NCBI GenBank assembly: GCA_963704705.1
Contig: OY969931.1
Coordinates: 990,001 to 1,022,000, forward strand
DNA length: 32,000 nt
Origin: an uncultured bacterium
Lineage (GTDB): Bacteria; Patescibacteriota; Gracilibacteria; UBA1369; PNNO01
Direction: 5' to 3'
Shown here one piece after another: positions 24,207 through 30,957 of the stretch (position 1 is the first letter of the stretch; each line of letters starts with the position of its first letter). The notes under the pieces were generated by a model. It worked only from the letters and a program-made list of their open reading frames with translations, searched no databases and was not told the DNA's origin. The translations under genes and the position numbers were made by a program.

Positions 24207-25175
24207 ATGGCTTTCTCATGGGATAAAGTAAAGAGGCCCATTCTTGCGCTTGCTCCAATGGAAGGCTATACGGACTCTGCTTTCAGGCAGCTTATTAAAA
24301 CTTACGCTCCTGATATAATTTGTTTTACTGAATTTACTTCAGCAGATGCTTTAAAATACAACAGTAAAAAATCCATTGGGAAAATTGGTTTTGATAAAAA
24401 AGAAAAACCGCTTATTGTACAGCTTTTTGGCAAACATCCTGATCATTTTATTGAGGCTATTAAATACGTGGAAAATATGGGTGCTGACGGTATAGATATC
24501 AATATGGGATGCCCTGCTAAAAATGTAATTAATTCTCAGCACGGTTCAGCTTTGCTTAAAAATCCTGAATTAGCTTGCGAAATAGTTAAAGCTGTTTCTT
24601 CAAATACCAAATTACCGGTTTCAGTTAAAATGAGAATCGGATTTAAAGAATACAATGAACAGGCGTTTATGGATTTTTGTCTTAATTTAGAGAAAAACGG
24701 AGCTAAAGCATTAACCATTCATGGCAGAACAACAAAACAGGGATATTCCGGAACAGCTGATTGGGATCCCATTTATAAATTGAAAGAAAAGGTAGGAATA
24801 ACAGTAATTGGAAACGGAGACGTAACTTCACCTGAAATCGCCTTAAAAAAACTTGAAAATCTTGATGGAGTAATGGTTGGAAGGGCAACTTTCGGCAATC
24901 CATTGATAATGAGAGAAATATACGAAGCTCTGCATCCAAAATCCAAAAAACTGAAAAAAATTCCAAATTGGTTTGAAATTGCAGAAAAACATATAAAATT
25001 AAGCATTGAAACAAAAGGTGAAAGGCTTGCAATGTTTGAAATGCGAAAGTATTTGGCCGCATACATAAAAGGCTTTCCTTATGCCGCAAATTATCGCTCA
25101 AGACTTGTACGGGTCGAAACTGAAAAAGAAGCAATGCAATTACTTAAAGAAATTAAAGAAAATTCCCTTAAATAA
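24207..25175 (+). CDS. dus: tRNA-dihydrouridine synthase
   Basis: LAPMEGYTDSAFRQL, GADGIDINMGCPAKNV (catalytic Cys) and ALTIHGRTTKQGYSGTADW are Dus family motifs. Confidence 0.9.
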   Translation: MAFSWDKVKRPILALAPMEGYTDSAFRQLIKTYAPDIICFTEFTSADALKYNSKKSIGKIGFDKKEKPLIVQLFGKHPDHFIEAIKYVENMGADGIDINMGCPAKNVINSQHGSALLKNPELACEIVKAVSSNTKLPVSVKMRIGFKEYNEQAFMDFCLNLEKNGAKALTIHGRTTKQGYSGTADWDPIYKLKEKVGITVIGNGDVTSPEIALKKLENLDGVMVGRATFGNPLIMREIYEALHPKSKKLKKIPNWFEIAEKHIKLSIETKGERLAMFEMRKYLAAYIKGFPYAANYRSRLVRVETEKEAMQLLKEIKENSLK

Positions 25176-25187
25176 GCCCTTAAATAG

Positions 25188-25216
25188 TTGATATTTTATA
25201 GATATTATGATATAAT
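25188..25216 (+). promoter_or_regulatory. Near-consensus sigma70-type promoter upstream of pilT
   Basis: TTGATA (25188-25193), a 17-nt spacer, then TATAAT (25211-25216). It lies 29 nt upstream of the ATG at 25245. Confidence 0.5.
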
Positions 25217-25244
25217 AATATGAATTTAATATAAAAAATCAAAA

Positions 25245-26309
25245 ATGGACTTAAAACTATCAAAAATATTCAGAACAGCAGTGCAATATAATGCCTCTGA
25301 TATCTATATAACAACCGGTTCAAAGCCGATACTTAGAATCAACGGTGATTTGGTAAGAATTCAGGAACATGAGCCGTTTTCAAAGAAAATGGCAGAAGAA
25401 TTTTTACTGGAAATAATGTCAGAAGAACAAAAAAGACATTTTGCAAAGAAACTTGATCTGGATTTTTCAATTGATATCGAATCTATCGGAAGATTCAGGG
25501 TTAATATGTTTGTTCAAAGAAAAGGTATAGGAGCTATTTTCAGGGTAATCCCGAACAAAATCTTTACAATGGATGAACTTAATCTACCTGAACAGCTTAA
25601 AAACATACCTAAATTCAAAAACGGGCTAGTTATAGTTACAGGTCCTACAAGTTCAGGTAAATCAACTACACTTTCAGCTATTGTTAATGAAATTAATGTT
25701 AAAGATGCAAAGCATATTATTACAATTGAAGATCCTATTGAGTTCATTCATGAATCTCAAAGCTCTGTTATTGATCAAAGAGAGGTTGGAACGCATACAT
25801 TAAGCTTTCAGCGCGCTTTAAAATCTTCTTTGCGTGAAGATCCGGATGTAATTTTAATCGGTGAAATGCGTGATCTTGAAACAATTTCGCTTGCTATTAC
25901 CGCTGCTGAAACAGGGCATCTTGTTCTTGCAACCCTGCATACGAGCGGTGCAGCAAAATCTATTGATCGTATTATTGATGCTTTCCCTAGTGAACAGCAA
26001 AATCAAATTAGAACGCAATTAGCAGAAGCTTTAAAAGCTGTGATTTGGCAAAATCTATTAAAAACAAAAGATAGAAAAGGCCGAATAGGAGCTTTTGAAA
26101 TATTATTTGGAAATCACGCGATTGCAAATATGATAAGAAAAGGAAACACACATCAAATTGATTCGGTACTTGAAACAAGCACTCATGAAGGCATGCAGAC
26201 AATGAAAAAATCATTGGAAGATTTGATGCAGGCAGACCTTGTTGATGAAGAAGAAGCACTTGCTTTTATGCCTAAAGAATTAGATGAAACAGAAGGAAAA
26301 ACCAACTAA
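25245..26309 (+). CDS. pilT: Type IV pilus retraction ATPase PilT family
   Basis: GLVIVTGPTSSGKSTTLSA (Walker A), DVILIGEMRDLETI (Walker B/Asp box), TGHLVLATLHT (His box) and HAIANMIRKGNTHQI (PilT-type AIxNxIRExK motif). Confidence 0.9.
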   Translation: MDLKLSKIFRTAVQYNASDIYITTGSKPILRINGDLVRIQEHEPFSKKMAEEFLLEIMSEEQKRHFAKKLDLDFSIDIESIGRFRVNMFVQRKGIGAIFRVIPNKIFTMDELNLPEQLKNIPKFKNGLVIVTGPTSSGKSTTLSAIVNEINVKDAKHIITIEDPIEFIHESQSSVIDQREVGTHTLSFQRALKSSLREDPDVILIGEMRDLETISLAITAAETGHLVLATLHTSGAAKSIDRIIDAFPSEQQNQIRTQLAEALKAVIWQNLLKTKDRKGRIGAFEILFGNHAIANMIRKGNTHQIDSVLETSTHEGMQTMKKSLEDLMQADLVDEEEALAFMPKELDETEGKTN

Positions 26310-26314
26310 CATAA

Positions 26315-27112
26315 ATGGAAATGATTGGAAATAAAAACAAAAATAAAAGTTGGATGATTAAAATATTGGCTCTGGCGATTATCGTTTTTTTTAATGGGAC
26401 GGTTTTTGGAGGGGTTGCGATGGCCAATCCTACGACTTGTAAAAACACATATGATGGAGCAGTTAAACAATGTGAAAAAGATGCAAATAATCAAGCAATT
26501 GAAAAATGTGGTGCATACGAACCAGGGACACCAACCAGGCAAGCATGTGAAGAAGATAATAGGATAGAAAAAACAAAAACAACTTGCCTCGAAACTGCAA
26601 AATCAACTTATAATGATTGTCTTACTGCAAGCGCAAATTGCGGAAATGGAATACCAGAACCAGGCGAAGAATGTGATGATGGAGAAGGTAAGGGTGATGA
26701 CGTAGATAAATATTTAGATGCAACAAAACCTGATAAAGAAAAACAATTGGATTCTTGTTTTGAATGCAAATATGTTGATGTTCCTTATGAATTTAATGTA
26801 ACAAAATATTTAAAAATTCCTGAAGGTCAGACTTACCTTGAAAAAAGCACAAATACTGATACTTCGGTAAGTTTAAAAAAAGGAGTTATTTATTTTATTG
26901 TTACAGGAATAGAATTCGCCACAAAAATAATTAGTGCGTTTGCATTATTATTTATAATTGTCGGCGGCATAGTTTTAATGGTTTCAAGTGGTAATTCGTC
27001 TCTTCAGCAAAAAGGTAAAAGGCTGATTTTATATTCGATATTGGGATTAGTTATTGCATTCATGTCATTAATAATCGTTACATCCGTTCAATCAATATTT
27101 TATACAACTTAA
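26315..27112 (+). CDS. Pilin-like hairpin protein 1: signal peptide, Cys-rich ectodomain with CGNG..GE.CDDG module, C-terminal VirB2/TrbC-like two-helix hairpin
   Basis: Signal MIKILALAIIVFFNGTVFGGVAMA. CGNGIPEPGEECDDGEG...SCFECKY lies at aa 109-151 (nt 26639-26767). The C-terminus is ISAFALLFIIVGGIVLMVSSGNSSLQQKGKRLILYSILGLVIAFMSLIIV. Confidence 0.7.
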   Translation: MEMIGNKNKNKSWMIKILALAIIVFFNGTVFGGVAMANPTTCKNTYDGAVKQCEKDANNQAIEKCGAYEPGTPTRQACEEDNRIEKTKTTCLETAKSTYNDCLTASANCGNGIPEPGEECDDGEGKGDDVDKYLDATKPDKEKQLDSCFECKYVDVPYEFNVTKYLKIPEGQTYLEKSTNTDTSVSLKKGVIYFIVTGIEFATKIISAFALLFIIVGGIVLMVSSGNSSLQQKGKRLILYSILGLVIAFMSLIIVTSVQSIFYTT

Positions 27113-27664
27113 ATGAAAAAATTACTGGCACTTACAATTTGTTTAATGATTTCAATTCCCCTTTTAAGTGGAGTTGCATTAGCCGCAGATCCAAAATTAA
27201 CACCAGAAACTGTTTGTCCGACTCTAAATACCGGACAGGATACTTCAGGAATCTTTGTGATTTTAGAAGAACCTTTGGGAGGGCCGGATGCTATTTATTG
27301 TTTTAGGGTATGTTCAAGAATAGTAAAAGAAAAAAATAATTGTAAAATAAAAGCAACATGTGACAAAACAGATAAAGATTTAGGACCTAATCCAACTTGT
27401 CAAAGAATACAAGTTATTAAAGCAACATCAGGTGTAAATTTGCTTAATCAATATGTTGGATTGATCTATTTGTGGTCTGCAGGAACAATAGGAATAATAG
27501 CAGTATTAACGATTGTAATAAGCGGAATACAAATAATGACTGCGGGTGGTTCAGGTAATATTGATACAGCTAAAAGCAGAATAGTTCAGGCAATATTCGG
27601 TTTAGTCGTATTGTTTTTGTCAGGCTTGATTCTTTATACAATTAACCCAACTTTCTTTGTTTAA
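27113..27664 (+). CDS. Pilin-like hairpin protein 2 (six-Cys ectodomain plus VirB2/TrbC-like hairpin)
   Basis: Signal MKKLLALTICLMISIPLLSGVALA. C-terminus GTIGIIAVLTIVISGIQIMTAGGSGNIDTAKSRIVQAIFGLVVLFLSGLILY. The start abuts the previous stop (TAAATG). Confidence 0.7.
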   Translation: MKKLLALTICLMISIPLLSGVALAADPKLTPETVCPTLNTGQDTSGIFVILEEPLGGPDAIYCFRVCSRIVKEKNNCKIKATCDKTDKDLGPNPTCQRIQVIKATSGVNLLNQYVGLIYLWSAGTIGIIAVLTIVISGIQIMTAGGSGNIDTAKSRIVQAIFGLVVLFLSGLILYTINPTFFV

Positions 27665-28460
27665 AAGTTTAAAACAATTAGGTGCGATTTTAATTTTAAG
27701 TTTAATACTTATTAGTTCAATTAATACAGTTTTTGCAGCTACTTCAACAACTTATGAAGAATGTATTCAGGCATTTAAATCTGATAATAATAATTATGCT
27801 GCTTGTGATGCTATGCAAAAAGATGCAGAAAAGTGTTTTACAGACGCCGAAGCAAGCTTTAAAGAAATCTGCAATAATAATGCTACATGTATTCAAAATC
27901 TTAAAAATGATCCTCAAAGTTTAGCATTATGTTTGCAAAAAGATGATGACGCTAAAAAATGTATAACTAAAGCGGATCAATCTTTTGAAGAAATTTGCCG
28001 CGCACAGTTCCCATCGAATACAACTTCAACCACAGGTTCTTCATCTTGCGGAAACGGAATTTTTGAAGAAGGTGAAGGATGCGATGATGGAAATTTAATG
28101 AGTGGAGACGGATGTGATTCAAAATGCATGACTGAAGAGACAGTTCCACCGGCAATACCTAATATCAAAACTCTTCCTGGCCCTAACGCGCCAACCGTAG
28201 GTAATGTAAGCCCTTATTTAATGTCTACTTTCTTGCCGCGAATAGCCAAAACTGTTATATCTTTTGCCATTGGTGCCGCTGTTTTAGGATTAATTATAAG
28301 TTCGATCGGGTTATTAACAGCCTATGGTAATGAAGAAAAATATGGTAACGCAAAAAAAGGATTATTATTTTCTATGATTGGACTTGTTATAAGTTTATTG
28401 GCATTTGCAATTGTACAATTGATATTCTTTACAGGATTTCAAATCGGTAATATTACATAA
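27657..28460 (+). CDS. Pilin-like hairpin protein 3: duplicated Cys-helix motif, CGNG..GEGCDDGN..GDGCDSKC module, C-terminal hairpin (TTG start)
   Basis: Signal LGAILILSLILISSINTVFA. CGNGIFEEGEGCDDGNLMSGDGCDSKC lies at aa 131-157 (nt 28047-28127). C-terminus FAIGAAVLGLIISSIGLLTAYGNEEKYGNAKKGLLFSMIGLVISLLAFAIV. It overlaps the previous gene by 8 nt, and there is no in-frame ATG near the signal peptide. Confidence 0.65.
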   Translation: MFKSLKQLGAILILSLILISSINTVFAATSTTYEECIQAFKSDNNNYAACDAMQKDAEKCFTDAEASFKEICNNNATCIQNLKNDPQSLALCLQKDDDAKKCITKADQSFEEICRAQFPSNTTSTTGSSSCGNGIFEEGEGCDDGNLMSGDGCDSKCMTEETVPPAIPNIKTLPGPNAPTVGNVSPYLMSTFLPRIAKTVISFAIGAAVLGLIISSIGLLTAYGNEEKYGNAKKGLLFSMIGLVISLLAFAIVQLIFFTGFQIGNIT

Positions 28461-28894
28461 TGAAAACAAAAAAATACTTAAAAACAGGAATTTCAATTGT
28501 GGTTTTAATATCCGCTCTGTTAATAAATGCTGTTTTTGTTCAGGCTGCGACAATACCTGAAAAAAAACCTAAAATTGAAGATCTTTTATATAAATATGAA
28601 TCAAGTTTTACTGCTAATCCTACAACGACTGATTACATTGCTTCGCTTCCTGAAGATACTTCTCCGGGTCAATTACTTTCACAATTGGTATTTTACTTAT
28701 TAATCGTATGCAACATACTCGCGTTTATTTCATTTTTAGCGGCTGGAGTTATGATGGTTATTTCACAAGGTAATGATGAAGAAATAACAAAAGCAAAACG
28801 AATATTTACTTATACATTAATTGCATTGGTTGTTTGCGCAACCGCACTCGCGCTGGTGACAGGTATAACAAAATTAAGATTTTTTAATCCGTAA
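28460..28894 (+). CDS. Pilin-like hairpin protein 4 (short Cys-free ectodomain plus hairpin)
   Basis: Signal ISIVVLISALLINAVFVQA. C-terminus CNILAFISFLAAGVMMVISQGNDEEITKAKRIFTYTLIALVVCATALALV. TAATG start/stop overlap with the previous gene. Confidence 0.7.
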   Translation: MKTKKYLKTGISIVVLISALLINAVFVQAATIPEKKPKIEDLLYKYESSFTANPTTTDYIASLPEDTSPGQLLSQLVFYLLIVCNILAFISFLAAGVMMVISQGNDEEITKAKRIFTYTLIALVVCATALALVTGITKLRFFNP

Positions 28895-28895
28895 A

Positions 28896-29432
28896 ATGAT
28901 AAAAAAATTACTGACAACAGGGCTTTTAACACTAATAATTATACTGACAATACCAGCTACATTTGCTCAGCGTGCAATTGACCCTTCACTTAAACCTGAA
29001 AATGCACCTGGTGTACCTTTAACCGGGCCAGGAGTAGTTGATTGTTTGAATGAATATAAACAAACACAATTAGCTGAAACAATAAAAAAAGAAATTGAAG
29101 GAAAATCTGCTGATGAACAGAAAACTATTCTGGAAAATCACAAAACAGAAATAGCAAAATACTGGGATGTTAATTCTTCTATGTGCAAAGGTCATGAAGA
29201 AGAACCAATTACCGCATTCATTCAAATAATTGCAGGTGCATTGCTAATGCTTACAGGTGGTATAGCGGTAATAGTCATAGCTGTTGGTGGCGTAATGTAT
29301 GTTGTTTCAGGCGGAAATCAGCAACAAATGGAATTCGCTAAAAACACCTTAAAATACGGCTTTATTGGTATGGCAGTAATAATATTTTCATATTATATAG
29401 TTCAGACTGTTCTTACTCTTATTATTGGGTAG
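28896..29432 (+). CDS. Pilin-like hairpin protein 5 (two-Cys ectodomain plus hairpin)
   Basis: Signal LLTTGLLTLIIILTIPATFA. C-terminus IAGALLMLTGGIAVIVIAVGGVMYVVSGGNQQQMEFAKNTLKYGFIGMAVIIFSYYIV. There is a 1-nt gap after the previous gene. Confidence 0.7.
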   Translation: MIKKLLTTGLLTLIIILTIPATFAQRAIDPSLKPENAPGVPLTGPGVVDCLNEYKQTQLAETIKKEIEGKSADEQKTILENHKTEIAKYWDVNSSMCKGHEEEPITAFIQIIAGALLMLTGGIAVIVIAVGGVMYVVSGGNQQQMEFAKNTLKYGFIGMAVIIFSYYIVQTVLTLIIG

Positions 29433-30942
29433 GTTCGAGGCGAGGGAATAATTGATCACATTCTTTTATTTTTTCTCCTGATTTTAAAGTCCCCCATTCT
29501 TCAACCAATTTAAAATTTTCTTCTAATGGTTTTTTGCCAAATGATTTAAGAATCTTTTCAGATGTTTCCGGAATAAAAGGATAAAGCGCGTAAGCTATGT
29601 GCCTTAATACCTCCAATAAATGATATAAAACATCTCCTAAAGCTTTTTCGTCTTCTTTTGCGAGTACCCATGGTTTTTTATCTTCAATATATTTATTTGC
29701 ATCATCAATTCGTGCTAAAACTTCTTCCACTGCTTTTTTTAGATCAAATTTATTAATTAATTCATGATAGTTTTCCCACATTAGTTCAACTTTTTTAATA
29801 AATCCTTCATCCGGAGTTGAGACTTCAGGAACTTTTCCGTCGAAATATCTTTCAGTCATTTTTGTTACTCTGTTCATTAAATTACCCAGGTTGTTTGCAA
29901 GTTCACTATTATAAAGTTCTTCAAATCTTTCATAAGTAAAATCACCGTCTTCAGTTGTTGGAATCTCACGTAAAAGGAAATAACGCAAAGGGTCGGTTCC
30001 GTATTTTTCAACAACATCAAAAGGTGAAATAACATTGTTTAAAGATTTGCTCATTTTGTGTCCCCCGCTTGAAATAAATCCGTGAATCGGAATAGATTTT
30101 GGAGTCTGAAGACCTGCAGAAAGCAAAATTCCAATCCAAATCCCCGCATGAAATCTAATAATGTCTTTTCCAATTACATGAGCATCACAAGGCCAGTATT
30201 TTTCGAATAATTCTCCGTCGTTTTCATAATCCAAAGCAGTAATATAGTTTGATAAAGCATCGCACCATACATACATTGTATGATCGGGATCATTAGGTAC
30301 TTCGATGCCCCAGCTTAATTTATCTTTTGGACGTGAAAAGCTGACATCCCGGAGTCCTTCTTTTGCAACATTCAAAAATTCACGTTTTCGATAGTTCGGC
30401 TCAATTTTTATCTCATCTTTTTCAATTAATTCCGCAATTTTATCTGAATATTTTGAAAGTCTAAAGTAATAATTTTCTTCACTAAATTTTTCCACTTCTT
30501 TTTTATGGATTGGACACTTTCCGTCTTCCAAATCTTTCTCTGTCACATAAGCTTCGCATCCTTTGCAGTAAAATCCTTCATATTTATCTTTATATATATC
30601 CCCTGCTTCAAAAAGTTTCATCCATAATTTTTGTGCGCCGCGCTTGTGCCTGTCAGATGTTGTACGGATAAAATCATCATAAGATAAATTCAATAATTTT
30701 TTTAATTTCTTATTTTGATTCGCAATATCATCAACATGCTCCTGCGGAGTAATACCAAGCTCTTTGGCAGTATCGTGAATCTTCATTCCATGCTCATCAG
30801 TGCCTGTTAAAAAATAAACATCTTCGCCAAGCAACCGATGATAGCGCGCCAAACAATCAGCTTCAATTGCCTCCATTGCGAAACCAATGTGCGGAGCAGC
30901 GTTTGCATAAGGAATACTCGTTGTCACATAAAATTTACTCAT
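29422..30942 (-). CDS. metG: Methionyl-tRNA synthetase (short form without C-terminal tRNA-binding appendix)
   Basis: FYVTTSIPYANAAPHIGF (HIGH-type motif), a Zn knuckle CKGCEAYV...GKCPIHK, and HKMSKSLNNV (KMSKS). Confidence 0.93.
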   Translation of the reverse strand: MSKFYVTTSIPYANAAPHIGFAMEAIEADCLARYHRLLGEDVYFLTGTDEHGMKIHDTAKELGITPQEHVDDIANQNKKLKKLLNLSYDDFIRTTSDRHKRGAQKLWMKLFEAGDIYKDKYEGFYCKGCEAYVTEKDLEDGKCPIHKKEVEKFSEENYYFRLSKYSDKIAELIEKDEIKIEPNYRKREFLNVAKEGLRDVSFSRPKDKLSWGIEVPNDPDHTMYVWCDALSNYITALDYENDGELFEKYWPCDAHVIGKDIIRFHAGIWIGILLSAGLQTPKSIPIHGFISSGGHKMSKSLNNVISPFDVVEKYGTDPLRYFLLREIPTTEDGDFTYERFEELYNSELANNLGNLMNRVTKMTERYFDGKVPEVSTPDEGFIKKVELMWENYHELINKFDLKKAVEEVLARIDDANKYIEDKKPWVLAKEDEKALGDVLYHLLEVLRHIAYALYPFIPETSEKILKSFGKKPLEENFKLVEEWGTLKSGEKIKECDQLFPRLEPTQ

Positions 30943-30957
30943 GACTCTATTTAACCC

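Noticed and set aside
25245-29432. Reading the pilT-downstream genes as a conventional type IVa pilus (PilA-type major/minor pilin) operon.
   Set aside because: None of the five proteins has the class III prepilin leader and G/FTLxE N-terminal helix. They have Sec-type signal peptides, and their conserved part is a C-terminal two-helix hairpin, which is the opposite polarity to PilA-type pilins.
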